IMG/VR virus record: IMGVR_UViG_3300042332_001561
Location: 1 to 58,894 of that record
From: a virus
Lineage: Duplodnaviria > Caudoviricetes
DNA length: 58,894 nt
Strand: one strand, 5' to 3'
Shown here: one piece after another, positions 33,442 to 43,830 of the stretch
Numbering within the stretch: position 1 is the stretch's first letter
Layout: the number at the start of each line of letters is the position of its first letter
Position numbers and translations under genes: made by a program
The notes under the pieces: generated by a model
Told to the model about the DNA's origin: nothing
The model's database searches: none
Seen by the model: the letters and a program-made list of their open reading frames with translations, nothing else

Positions 33442-33473
33442 AAAGGGGGGCAGAGTTTTTACCTCTACCCCCC
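33442..33473 (-). terminator. Intrinsic terminator after the major capsid gene
   Basis: GGGGGGTAGAG-gtaaaaa-CTCTGCCCCCC followed by TTT on the minus strand. A second hairpin (TAGGGT...ACCCTA, 33480-33507) precedes it. Confidence 0.75.
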
Positions 33474-33514
33474 AGTCACTAGGGTTTCGCAACTATAACG
33501 GACCCTAAGGTTTA

Positions 33515-34576
33515 TTAGTTACCGATGTTGTTAGTAACACTGACCTCGTAGTTACGGGCTAGTCTAACATTCTTAGCAACTGTGATACCTTCACCATCAC
33601 CAAGCATCACGATATCGTAACGCTCTTTCATCTTCATCGAACGAATGTCACGGCTTGCATCATCGAATTGATCTGTGCTCATGTCATCCTTAACAAGAAG
33701 TGTTCCCACTTCATTGCGGTCGATGAGGAATAGGTCTGATTTTGCTGGAGTTGAACCATTCTTAGCTGTAAAGCTTACGAATGGTGAAACCAAAACATTG
33801 AGACCCATAGGTGCGGTTGCATTAAGTGCTCCATCTGCTGATTGAGGACGGTAGCCCCAGCTTGTGCCAACAGCCGAAGCTGCGCCACCTGCATGGAAGA
33901 TGCTGTCCTTAAGGAAGATGGACCACATAAGTGGGTGAAGGATGAAATCAGTTGGGATATGATTTTCAGCCATCAGTACTGCTGCCATGTCAACAATGTC
34001 ATCCCAGGTAACTGTTAGATTAGCTACGCCATCTACGTCCTTACCTGTTGTGTCATCGTAGCTACCGCTATCGTTATCAAAAACGATAGTTGCAGCGTCT
34101 TTGAAACGACTTAATGCAATTTGTTCTTTGAGACGAGCCATTGCACGGCCTGCTGCACGAACATGTAAACCAACAATGTCCCAAAGTGAATCGGCTATAA
34201 CCTCTTCGGTGAAAGCTAACTTTACACCCTTCTTTGAAACTTTGCCTTCTACTTGCTTTGCAAAGGCGAGTGCTTGCTCTGGATATTCTTGACCCTCAGG
34301 TATTTCTGCCGCTTGAATTGCATTGACTGCTGGAAACTCCAAGGAGCGCCCCTTGCCAAGGCGAACTGTTGAGAGAAGTGGAGTCACTAATAATTGTGGC
34401 TCCGCTGCTTCTTTCAGAGTACGAGAGATAACTTTAGGAAAAAGTGCTGCTGCATCAGGTGATGCAAAAGCTTCCTTAATTGTTACTCTGTTGTCTCCGT
34501 CGATGTACCCGTCCTCAGCCATTGCGGTTTCCCAAGCTGGGAGACCTGAGAGGAGTTCTTGGATTGTCTTACTCAT
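33515..34576 (-). CDS. Major capsid protein (HK97-like)
   Basis: 353 aa; AAEIPEGQEYP, KKGVKLAFTEEVIADS, PTDFILHPLMW, KERYD. AGGAGG SD, biased codon usage and a following terminator. Confidence 0.85.
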   Translation of the reverse strand: MSKTIQELLSGLPAWETAMAEDGYIDGDNRVTIKEAFASPDAAALFPKVISRTLKEAAEPQLLVTPLLSTVRLGKGRSLEFPAVNAIQAAEIPEGQEYPEQALAFAKQVEGKVSKKGVKLAFTEEVIADSLWDIVGLHVRAAGRAMARLKEQIALSRFKDAATIVFDNDSGSYDDTTGKDVDGVANLTVTWDDIVDMAAVLMAENHIPTDFILHPLMWSIFLKDSIFHAGGAASAVGTSWGYRPQSADGALNATAPMGLNVLVSPFVSFTAKNGSTPAKSDLFLIDRNEVGTLLVKDDMSTDQFDDASRDIRSMKMKERYDIVMLGDGEGITVAKNVRLARNYEVSVTNNIGN

Positions 34577-34604
34577 CTTAGGATTATTCCTCCTGTTATC
34601 TTTC

Positions 34605-35366
34605 TTATATTGTCAAATTGACGCGGAATGCGCCAATAACATTGTGTACGTCCAGGTTAGAACGAATACCTAGCTTGCCCGAGAAGCTTCCTGCGCGGGT
34701 TAACTCATACACGGTCTTAAGTGCACCTGGATCTGATGGAAGCTGCATGTAAGAGAGAAGACCATCGTCGAAGTTTGTTGCAAACTTCTCTACTTCGATA
34801 ACCTTACCTACCATGAGCCATGGATAGTCTGCAGCGTCACCCTCTGACAAAGCAACGGGGCGACCCATTGAATCAGCAGCAACCATGCTACCAACAGTAA
34901 CATCAGCATTGATCGCTGCAACCATTGGGTACTCAACATATCCGTGAGTAATAAAACCGGCACCTTGTGAAGTACCCTTATCGAAAGGACGATAGAGGTC
35001 ATACTGGGCTACGCCGATTGGGAGAGATCTAGCAGCAACTGAGATTGTATCTGTTGCACCAGAGCTATAGTTTGGAGTAGCGCCATCGAGTGGATCCCAT
35101 GATGATGGCATGGTATCGCCCCAAGACTTTGAAGAGCCTGTTCCATTTGCAGGAACTACTCTAGCATCGCCGTTGGCATCTGCTACTACTGAAAGAATGG
35201 TACCCTTTGTGATTACGATCTCAAAGCGATCGTCTTCACTGTCCAAGTACCAAGTTGGAAGACCAGGATGTGGAAGCAAGTAAGCTGCTGGGGCAATGCC
35301 CTCAGAAACTACAAAGCGACCTGAACCAGTCTTCGTACCTACCTTGCGGAATTTTGCTAAACTCAT
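34605..35366 (-). CDS. Capsid decoration/cement-like protein
   Basis: 253 aa between scaffold and capsid genes; AAGGAG SD; codon usage like the capsid gene. Confidence 0.6.
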   Translation of the reverse strand: MSLAKFRKVGTKTGSGRFVVSEGIAPAAYLLPHPGLPTWYLDSEDDRFEIVITKGTILSVVADANGDARVVPANGTGSSKSWGDTMPSSWDPLDGATPNYSSGATDTISVAARSLPIGVAQYDLYRPFDKGTSQGAGFITHGYVEYPMVAAINADVTVGSMVAADSMGRPVALSEGDAADYPWLMVGKVIEVEKFATNFDDGLLSYMQLPSDPGALKTVYELTRAGSFSGKLGIRSNLDVHNVIGAFRVNLTI

Positions 35367-35392
35367 TTTTATATCTCCTTATTTCTGATAAT

Positions 35393-37001
35393 TTAGAGTT
35401 TACGTCTGCCCATAAGGGCATCTACGAAAAGCTTCTCAAAAGCATCTTCTTTAGATTCTACTTTTTGAGACTCTTCTGCATCTACGTTTACAACATTCTC
35501 TTCATTGCTCACTACAAGCTCTGATTCAATTGTTGGTATAGATGTAGATCTTGATGAAGCAGCTGGAAGCTTAGCTAAATCTCTCATTGAATCAGCTAAA
35601 GAAGAAGCAGTTCTCTTTAGGTGATCTTCAATAAGATTTTCTCTTTCTTCTGCTGCTTCAAGTCCTAGACCGATTTTTGTATCTACGACTCTCTCAACTA
35701 GTGTTTTATGAAGTGCTGCTTTTAAGCGAGCATTTTCCTCTTCAAGAGACTTGACTTTGTCATTTAACTGGGCAGTGTCTTGCTCAACGTCATCAATTTT
35801 TTCCGCATTGAGTTCATCGGCTTGCTCAGCAGCCTCTTGAGTTTTTTCATCTGACTTTGCTTCTTCAGCATCAGATGACTCTTTTGTTTCTTCAGCTTCT
35901 TCCGAATCAACAGCTTTTTCAGCTTGTTCATCGGCTTTTTCTGAATCATCATTGGAGCTCTCTGGAGCATCTTCGCCATTTTCTGGCTCTTGCTCTTCTG
36001 TAATTTTTTCTGCTTTTGAATCCTCTTCTGATTCTTCCACTACTTCGCTAGTGGATGCAGCTATACTTGAAAGATCCTCACTAAGCTCTTCTGCTACTGC
36101 GAGAATATCTTCGTTTTCTTTGACATCGTCCATTTTATGGGTCTCCTCAGAATTATCTGTCTTAGAGTCTTCATTTGATAGTAATGAAGAATCATTATTA
36201 TTACCTTTTTCGCTTTCTTCGAAAGCCAAAGCAGTAAGAAATGCGCCTTTTAAGTGTAAATAAACTGGTTTTGATTCTTTTTTCTTAAGATTCTTTAATA
36301 TTGACTCATTTTCCTGAACTGATATTATATCTTCAGTATCCATGTGAAGAACAAAAGCATTACTTTTTGCTATCCACTGATCAGAGTCAGTTATTGTAGA
36401 TGAACCGTCTATTGACTTTGATGATCTTACACCAGACCTTTGATCTGCTGGTTGATTAACAAAAGAGTATTCCTTAAAAGATATCTCTTGCATATCTATG
36501 TATGCTAATTTACCTTTGTAGATTTGTCCCCTCTTAAACTTCGGCATCTTGGGTCTACCGTCTGCTGTTTCTGTTGCTAAGTCTTCTCCAGAAATTGAGC
36601 AAACAGCTTTACCAGCTCTTCCCCCTACAGATCCAGTTAAGTATCTTTTATCACTGATTTTTTGTGCTGCCACTGGATCAGTAATTGCTACCTGTAATCT
36701 AACAAAAGGTGCACCATCAGACTCTTTGTCCATTCTAGCTGCTATTACTCTACCAATTGGTTCTGAATTTAAATCATGATTAAGAATAATAGGCTTTGGG
36801 TATGGCTCTACCCAAGATTGAAGTGCTTTTTCTAATTCAATAGCAGAATAATTATTATAATTAGAAGTTAGTCCGCTCGTGTATTGCGGCGACTTCTATT
36901 ATTAAACCATGCTTAGAATTAAAAGCTTCAGAAAAATCAAAATTTGACTCGGCAAAATTTGGCATTTCGACTGTGAAGTTTTCTACGAAATCAAATGACA
37001 T
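35393..37001 (-). CDS. Prohead protease-scaffold fusion (~535 aa), joined by a +1 frameshift at CGG 36873-36875
   Basis: ATG at 37001 with AGGA SD reads MSFDFVENF...EVAAIHE, then C GGA CTA ACT gives GLTSNYNNY...WVEPYPKPIILNHD...EPIGRV, continuing into track ORF 35393..36733 (YLTGSVG, EYSFVNQPAD, acidic coiled-coil scaffold). Confidence 0.8.
36872..36875 (-). other. +1 recoding site D (GAG CGG A)
   Basis: In-frame CGG at codon 43; zero-frame TAA after 3 more codons. The putative catalytic His motif (LNHD) lies in the +1 frame with no upstream ATG of its own. Confidence 0.9.
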
Positions 37002-37033
37002 TTTGCTTCCTTTTATATATTAAATCTTAGACT

Positions 37034-37040
37034 ATAGTAA
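37034..37040 (-). promoter_or_regulatory. TTACTAT late-promoter-like motif
   Basis: 32 nt upstream of the ATG at 37001, supporting that start. Confidence 0.5.
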
Positions 37041-37079
37041 ATTTGTTTTTATAACATTGAACAATTTTATATAAATATA

Positions 37080-37859
37080 TCAAACTTTTATATAGTTATC
37101 AAGTTCTAGTTGTAATCTATTATCCCCAGTGGATAAAAATTGTTCGTACATCCTAGGTCCCATTATATGATTAGCATAGATGTACGAAGCGGAATATAGT
37201 TCCATTCCTAGCAATCCTGCATTCTTAGACCACCCAAGATCCTCGCCTTGACTATGTACTTCATAGTTAACTTGGCTGTAGGCATTTTTTGACATCATCT
37301 TTGCAGCCATGATAATGTCTGATTTAAAGTAAGATCCTATTGGATACTTTTCTTTTCTATATGCTTTTCCACCAATTTCATCTCTCCAAGACATTACGCT
37401 AGGAAAATTTGTTCCCATAGGAGTCATATACATTAGTGGACTGACTGCATCTGCACCTTGCTTTATATGAGATATTAATAGCTCTATTGTATTTGAATCG
37501 GATATTAAAATATCTGAGTCTAAGCTAAAATAATAATCCGGATTGTGATATCTAACTCTATCTAAAATAGAATTCCTTAAAGAAACCATATTGTGATATT
37601 TTGATATTGTCCACTGTCTTGAATCCGGAGCGTGTTCAAAGTGTGGTATATCTGATCTTTCATTGATCTCAAACAACTTTATTCTACTATCCATTTTTTT
37701 CCAAATGTTTAAAGAATTTATTGTGTTGTAATCTCCAGGAGAAACTTCAAATATAAATCCAATATCAGAAATGTCAACAGATTGATTTAGAATACATCTA
37801 ATCCAATGAGGCAAAATCCAATCTCTTTTGTATATTGGGCAGCCAATAATTAATTTCAT
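37080..37859 (-). CDS. Glycosyltransferase (GT-A fold, family 2-like)
   Basis: IIGCPIY N-terminus, LRN, FSLDSD (DxD), GEDLGW. Confidence 0.8.
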   Translation of the reverse strand: MKLIIGCPIYKRDWILPHWIRCILNQSVDISDIGFIFEVSPGDYNTINSLNIWKKMDSRIKLFEINERSDIPHFEHAPDSRQWTISKYHNMVSLRNSILDRVRYHNPDYYFSLDSDILISDSNTIELLISHIKQGADAVSPLMYMTPMGTNFPSVMSWRDEIGGKAYRKEKYPIGSYFKSDIIMAAKMMSKNAYSQVNYEVHSQGEDLGWSKNAGLLGMELYSASYIYANHIMGPRMYEQFLSTGDNRLQLELDNYIKV

Positions 37860-37862
37860 AAA

Positions 37863-38252
37863 TTAAAGATTTTCTGTTTCAATTTCTACTTTTTGTGAAA
37901 CTGGCTTTTCTTTTTGCTTTGCAGCTTTTTCTGTTTTTATTTCCTGTTCTTTTTTCTCTTCTACAACAGGATTTTTATCTTCTACAATTTTTTCTTCTAC
38001 AACAGGAGCAGTCTCTAATGTAGAACTAGGCTTCTTGTCTTCAACATCTTCTTCTTCAGAAAGTGCTTCAACTATTGCATTAACTGTTTCGTCTAATTCG
38101 TTAATCTTATTTAAGATTGGTATCAGAAGGTCTACTAATACCTGAAGCGCTAAACGTGTTTGACCATTATCAACTACCGTCGCAAATATTTCAAAAGCGT
38201 CTTCGCTGTCAACATATGGAAGGCTTATGTCTGTTTTAAGTTCTATCGCCAT
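37863..38252 (-). CDS. Hypothetical acidic/charged protein
   Basis: 129 aa ORF overlapping the end of the portal gene. Confidence 0.6.
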   Translation of the reverse strand: MAIELKTDISLPYVDSEDAFEIFATVVDNGQTRLALQVLVDLLIPILNKINELDETVNAIVEALSEEEDVEDKKPSSTLETAPVVEEKIVEDKNPVVEEKKEQEIKTEKAAKQKEKPVSQKVEIETENL

Positions 38253-39906
38253 TATTTAAATCCTTTTTCTCATCTGTGTATACAACATTATAGTCTGATT
38301 CTAGTAAATTTTCAACAACACCAAGCCAAGATAGATCTGATCTTCTTATATCAGGAGAAGTTTTTCTTCCTTGCTGATTAGCTGGTCTTATTACATTTCC
38401 TGGACCTTTTCTATTGTTAGGAAGATTTCTTTGACCTTTTGATGCAGGTTGTTGTTTGTCTGAGTCATCTTTTTGATCAACAGTATCTGCTTTGGCAGCT
38501 TGCGTTGCTGCATTAGTTTCAGCTTGTGCTTTAGATATGTCTATCTGAACTTTTCCTTGGATAGAAGGGAACAGGTCAGAATCATCTACTTCAGAATCAA
38601 GACCCAATGCACTTCTAGCTTCGCTTAATGTTATCACCGAGTTTGTATACTTTTGAACTATGTGAGTTTCTTTTTTAACTTGTGTATCAACATCTATTTC
38701 ATTAAATTTAAAGTAGCAGCGATCAGATGTTCCCTCCATAAGGGGGTTTGCCACTGGATCAAATCCACCTTCAAAAAGAAGTTCATTTAATATATGAACT
38801 CTTACCATCTCTGCAAATAGTTTTTGATACTGCTTTATCTTGTCGTAAAGAGCTGTATCAAGTCTATCTGTCATAGATCTATTGCCGCCATTCATACTCA
38901 TTCCAAGATGATGGGGTGCTAAACCAAGACCAACTGCAACTCTTTCTTTAAAGTGCTCTAGGTAAGGAGAGGCATTTAATGCTGAATCTTGAGCGCCAAT
39001 CACTTCTATGTCATGTCTATACGGAAGTATTAGACCACCTTCTGCTCTTAGATTTTCAATTTCTATTGCAGCGTTTTCTATTTCTTCTGGCTCAGCTGGC
39101 TGTTCTGGTGTGCCTATTCTGTATTTGTATAGTGGGAACAATTCTCTATGAACTAGATTTTGTATATCCTCTTCTATTTGTCTAAGTGCGACTATATCGT
39201 CTAAGACCGTACTTAAAAAAGGTGTACCAAATGCTCTACCAGTTTTTCTGTCAAAGAACATGTGGACCACCCTATCAGCAGTCCAAACTGGATCTCTATC
39301 AGTTGGTGAATAGGTTAATGGGTCTGTAGCTTGTTGGTAAGATTTTGGTCTATTGTATTTGTCTCTAAGAATTCTAACCTGTTCAGTTGGAATTAAGTAA
39401 TACCCAACTACTGGCATAGTGGCTGAAACTGGTGTTAGTTTTTCTGGAAAATATTCACCTATATCGCCTCTAGCTTTAACTATAAAAGCATTGCAGAATT
39501 TGAATAGCTGATCAGATACTTCTAGTAAGAAATCAACAAATGGCCTTTTCATAGCCATTTCCATAAAATCTATTCTTTGATACAAGTAGGCTACCGCATC
39601 TGGATTTTCGCCAACAATCTGCCAGCCCTCTTTCCAGAATAGTTCTTTATACTTTCCTATGGCTTGTTTTACATATGAATCTGTATCTGAAGCTTGTATT
39701 ATTCTTTCAAAGTCATATGGAGCTGGCTCAAAGTTGCTTCTACCAGTGTAAAAGTAATTTGTGCCCTGATATCCCAATGCAAGTGCAGCGACTTTCATGG
39801 TCTTAGAGACCATCTTTACGTCATCGCCACTTATAGTTTTCGCTATAATATTATTTTTTGGAAACTTTTCTATATTGCGAAAAGGTATATATTCTGCTAA
39901 GGGCAT
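38236..39906 (-). CDS. Portal protein
   Basis: 556 aa; VVHMFFDRKTGRAFGTPFL, PLYKYRIGT, GLGLAPHHLG, ITLSEARSALG; located between terminase and protease. Confidence 0.8.
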   Translation of the reverse strand: MPLAEYIPFRNIEKFPKNNIIAKTISGDDVKMVSKTMKVAALALGYQGTNYFYTGRSNFEPAPYDFERIIQASDTDSYVKQAIGKYKELFWKEGWQIVGENPDAVAYLYQRIDFMEMAMKRPFVDFLLEVSDQLFKFCNAFIVKARGDIGEYFPEKLTPVSATMPVVGYYLIPTEQVRILRDKYNRPKSYQQATDPLTYSPTDRDPVWTADRVVHMFFDRKTGRAFGTPFLSTVLDDIVALRQIEEDIQNLVHRELFPLYKYRIGTPEQPAEPEEIENAAIEIENLRAEGGLILPYRHDIEVIGAQDSALNASPYLEHFKERVAVGLGLAPHHLGMSMNGGNRSMTDRLDTALYDKIKQYQKLFAEMVRVHILNELLFEGGFDPVANPLMEGTSDRCYFKFNEIDVDTQVKKETHIVQKYTNSVITLSEARSALGLDSEVDDSDLFPSIQGKVQIDISKAQAETNAATQAAKADTVDQKDDSDKQQPASKGQRNLPNNRKGPGNVIRPANQQGRKTSPDIRRSDLSWLGVVENLLESDYNVVYTDEKKDLNNGDRT

Positions 39907-39968
39907 CTGAGACTCCTGGTGTAAATCTATACTAAAATAGTATTTTAAAAACTAATCTTTTAAACTTA

Positions 39969-40145
39969 TTAGTTTTCTTCTTCAGCAGTTCTGGAGAATG
40001 CGTTTTTTAAAATAAGATCTTTAACCGCTTCTAGCCAGAAAATTGTTTCAGCTTCTGAAAAGTCGCTTCTATAAGATAGGTTTTTGTCGCTTATTTTAAT
40101 TTCTACCGAAAATTCTTTTTGTTGCTCAACATCATTCAAAGTCAT
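39969..40145 (-). CDS. Hypothetical protein (58 aa, not in the ORF track)
   Basis: AAGGA SD; MTLNDVEQQKEFSVEIKISDKNLSYRSDFSEAETIFWLEAVKDLILKNAFSRTAEEEN. Confidence 0.6.
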   Translation of the reverse strand: MTLNDVEQQKEFSVEIKISDKNLSYRSDFSEAETIFWLEAVKDLILKNAFSRTAEEEN

Positions 40146-40344
40146 CTGTTGTTTCCTTTTTTTCTTTCTGTTTTTTATCTTTTGCTTGCAGTGTGTGCAG
40201 ATATGAATTTAATTCTTGTATCTGGTTATTTAAGTGCTTAATTACCGCATCTTTAATAACTAAGTCTGCCAGCATTTGGTTGATTCTTTCTTGAAAAGAT
40301 TGAATCACTAAATTTGCGTCTAAATTTGGCTCTGCCTGTTGCAT
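40132..40344 (-). CDS. Hypothetical coiled-coil protein
   Basis: 70 aa, GAGG SD. Confidence 0.6.
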   Translation of the reverse strand: MQQAEPNLDANLVIQSFQERINQMLADLVIKDAVIKHLNNQIQELNSYLHTLQAKDKKQKEKKETTDDFE

Positions 40345-40384
40345 TGGTTCCTCTCATTCAAGACTTCCAATAATGATACCATAA

Positions 40385-42103
40385 CTACCAGTATTTTACG
40401 TCAACTTTTACGTAATTATAATTCCAATATCTTTCATACACTTGTACGTCAGTTACGCTAGCTTCATACCTATTATCGCCACTAATTGCTTGTTCTAGGC
40501 TCCATAAAGTTAATCTTAAATAGTATTTTCTACCTTCTGATTGAGTATAGTTTGGAGTAAAATTATATATATCCCAATCACCTGTATTATTAACGGTTGA
40601 AGTTCCTATATATTTTATTCCCCCTGTAGAAGATGAGCCTTGCCATTGAGTAACCCCATTAATATCTTCTAATCCAACATGTAATGCATAGCTTTGGCTG
40701 TATCTACTTCTAACTCTTATTTGTGTAATTTCTGTATATCTAGATGATGCTGCAACGCCGACTGTTCCCCCAACATGTCTAGCTTGAACCCATGGTTTGC
40801 CAGAGGAACTAAAACCCAAGCTAGAGGTATAAGGAGCAGACACCCATCTAGTTGTATTGTTATTATCTCCGGAATAGCTAGCTAAATACACATTTGAATA
40901 AACGCTACTTCTTTCAAAGTCTCCGTCATATCCAAAGTTAACCCAAGCTTCAGTGGACTGCCATCTATATCCAAAAACATCTTCTTGAGAAGTATTATCT
41001 GTAGTTATGGGTGAAGAAAATGGTCCATATGTTATGTCTCCTGGTATATCACTAAGGCCAACAGAAACTAATCTAGCTTTATATGATGTATTTTTAAGTA
41101 GTCCACCAAACTCAAAAGACAACGTTTGTAAGCTGTCAACTACATCAAATGAATCACTGTCTGACTCTGATTCTGAAGATCCAGAGTTTAACCAAATTTC
41201 ATAATAACAGTAACTATTGTTTGCCCCACCATTGTAACTACATGATGCGGTTACGCTTCTTGTTATGTCATCTAAAGATGCCTCTTCTGCATCTATTTGT
41301 GATTGTAATATATAAGTATCTGTTGAGTTCCAACCATCAAAGCCCTTTGTTAATGTTGGGGCAGGTGGTGTAGGGGGAGATGTATATATCTCATCAAGCG
41401 AAGCGTCTGCTGAGTTTAAAGCAGTGTCTTCAATTCTAACCAATAGGTTGTAAGATGTAGCTACTGACAATCCAGTAAATGTGTACTCTCGCAAAGATGA
41501 GTTATAAACATAATCCCAAGTAACACCATCATTTCTAGAAAAGCCCCATCTATAGAAGTCTGCTGGAACTGAAGCTATAGTCCAAGAAACTTTAATAGAA
41601 CTTTGTGTAACTAGTACAGCTTCAAGATTATCAGGAGATGAAGGGTTAAGATTAGTAGTTGTTGTATTTACATAACCTTGACTAAATTGATTTTGTTCAT
41701 CATATATTCTTACGTAAAGGTTATAGTTTGTTAATTCTGATAAACCAGTAAAAGTATATTCTCTTAGATCCCCGTCGGATGTATCACCAAACCAATTTAC
41801 CCCATTAATGCTAAATTGCCATTTTAAGAAGTCTTCAGGAACTTCGTCTTTTGTTTGAAGAGCCCAACTTATCGTAACATAACAGGTTGTTTCTGATTCA
41901 TCCGCACCTTTGTCTTGAACTTCTATATTTATAGGAACACTTGGATATCTATCCCAAGCTTGAATCCAACCTGAAGATGTTTTAGCCCAAACTTTTTCTG
42001 CATTTACCCATTCTTCATCTGTTTTAACGAAGAATTCAGTTTTATTTCTTTCTACTTCTGACCAAGTATTTGATGGAGTCCTAAGATAAATTCCTTTTGG
42101 CAT
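40385..42103 (-). CDS. Fibronectin type III domain virion protein
   Basis: Tandem FN3-type repeats (REYTFTGLSELTNYNLYVR, REYTFTGLSVATSYNLLVR, GGLLKNTSYKARL). Confidence 0.75.
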   Translation of the reverse strand: MPKGIYLRTPSNTWSEVERNKTEFFVKTDEEWVNAEKVWAKTSSGWIQAWDRYPSVPINIEVQDKGADESETTCYVTISWALQTKDEVPEDFLKWQFSINGVNWFGDTSDGDLREYTFTGLSELTNYNLYVRIYDEQNQFSQGYVNTTTTNLNPSSPDNLEAVLVTQSSIKVSWTIASVPADFYRWGFSRNDGVTWDYVYNSSLREYTFTGLSVATSYNLLVRIEDTALNSADASLDEIYTSPPTPPAPTLTKGFDGWNSTDTYILQSQIDAEEASLDDITRSVTASCSYNGGANNSYCYYEIWLNSGSSESESDSDSFDVVDSLQTLSFEFGGLLKNTSYKARLVSVGLSDIPGDITYGPFSSPITTDNTSQEDVFGYRWQSTEAWVNFGYDGDFERSSVYSNVYLASYSGDNNNTTRWVSAPYTSSLGFSSSGKPWVQARHVGGTVGVAASSRYTEITQIRVRSRYSQSYALHVGLEDINGVTQWQGSSSTGGIKYIGTSTVNNTGDWDIYNFTPNYTQSEGRKYYLRLTLWSLEQAISGDNRYEASVTDVQVYERYWNYNYVKVDVKYW

Positions 42104-42104
42104 A

Positions 42105-43830
42105 TTAGTACATTATCCATATGTCGCCTGGGTTGCCTGTCTCTGCTGGGGGAGCAACTCCATTTGATAACCAAATTGATTTTGGAGTTGGTGCACTGTT
42201 ATAGCCTCCACCAACAGTTATAAACCCACCAGTAGATCCAGTTGAAGTCACTGCTATTGACTTTACTTTTAGATTTCCTTCAGAGTCTAAAGAAAATGAT
42301 GCTTCTCTAGGATCAACCGCTCCAGCCCACATTCTATAAAAAGGACCACTTTCTGGATCGGGTGGATTATCGTCAGTGTATAAATCTTTTAAAATTAGTT
42401 TTGGATTAGAAGAAGTGTATGTGTATAATCCTTCTAAGTTGTCATCATGTATCTCTTTGATATTTTGATCTTCACCATATATGACAATAATTAACTCATC
42501 TGCTTCAAGTAAATCCCCTGGTTCTGCAGATCCGCCAACTAGTTGATAATCATTTTCTGAAACATACATTATAGAAAAATCTTTTCCATTAAGTAGAGAA
42601 AGATCACCAACAAATCCGGAGAAGTTAAGAGAAATTCCAGATAATGCTTCTATTCCAGTTCCATCTCCTACTTCTGCTGGGGTTGATTGATATTCTGATG
42701 GAAGTTGTGTCCTGTCTACCTTTAGATATATTGAAGAATAATGATCATCATAAACATCATATTCATCATCAACTAAAACTGATAAAATATTTACTTCTGT
42801 TTGTTCTCCAGTAATAAAAGTGGAACCAGATGCCAAGGTAAACCTGTTTGCATTTGTTCCAGAAAATAGATAACCTCTTTTATCTATTTGCCAACCTTTA
42901 ATTCCACCAATTCTTCCACTGCTTGATTCGAGCTTCCCAGTTACAGTAAGACCATCTTCTGGGCTCCAACTTATTCCGTCAGCTATACTGAATTGACTAT
43001 TTCCATCAATATAGAATGTTGTGTATTTTGTTGAATATTGTGGTGGTTGAGAACCTTTTACTAAGCTTATAATATTTTCATCATTAGATTCACCTGTAGT
43101 TAAAATAATCTTATTCTCAGAAGGACCATTAACCTTTACTCTACCAAACTCTGCTTCTCCAGTTCCTTTTATTATCCAACCAGAATATGGATCTTCTTGA
43201 TAGTCGGAAGATCTTAATACAGCTACACCTGCTGGAGCAGAATATTCTGTCTGTGCTCCAGATTGAGTTAGAATAATTTCATGGGCACCAATTGTACCTG
43301 CAGTAATTTTGGAAGCTGTTAAAGAGTTAATATACTGACTCTCTATCAAAGGTGTTTTGTCATTGGTCAATGTCAATGAAGACCAGCTACCCTCATTTCT
43401 TGAAGTATCTACAGATTTAATTCTTCCATAATATCTTTTTGGCGTCTCTACTCCGAGAATTGTTTTTGGTAGAGTTTTCTACAGCTACAGTAAAAACATT
43501 TGAACCTGAATAACCTTCTCTGTAAGGTTCTCCTGAAATTGTATAATTACCAACTGTTCCAGAAATTTGCGATTCATTATATAATTCATATTTATAATTA
43601 AATACATCTTTTTCTTGACTATTATCAAAAACAAACATTACAGTTTCAAAAGATGCGAATAATTCTAAATTTGTTGGAGCGTCTGGTATAGAATCATCTT
43701 GAGGAATAGTGACAAATATTGAGTCTACTGTATCAGAATATATATTTAGGTCTGCGTTTTTTGATCTAACTGTTATTAGATAGTCTTTTCCTGGTTTTAA
43801 ATTTTCTATTTTCTTTTTTATAATAGCCAT
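42105..43830 (-). CDS. FN3-containing tail protein (~574 aa), joined by a +1 frameshift at CGG 43453-43455
   Basis: Junction AAT TCT C GGA GTA GAG gives NS-GVETPKRYYGRIKSVDTSRNEGSWS, completing the FN3 domain begun at PDAPTNLEL, then continues into LTASKITAGTI. Confidence 0.75.
43452..43455 (-). other. +1 recoding site E (TCT CGG A)
   Basis: In-frame CGG at codon 126; FN3 C-terminal strands are encoded only in the +1 frame. Confidence 0.85.
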
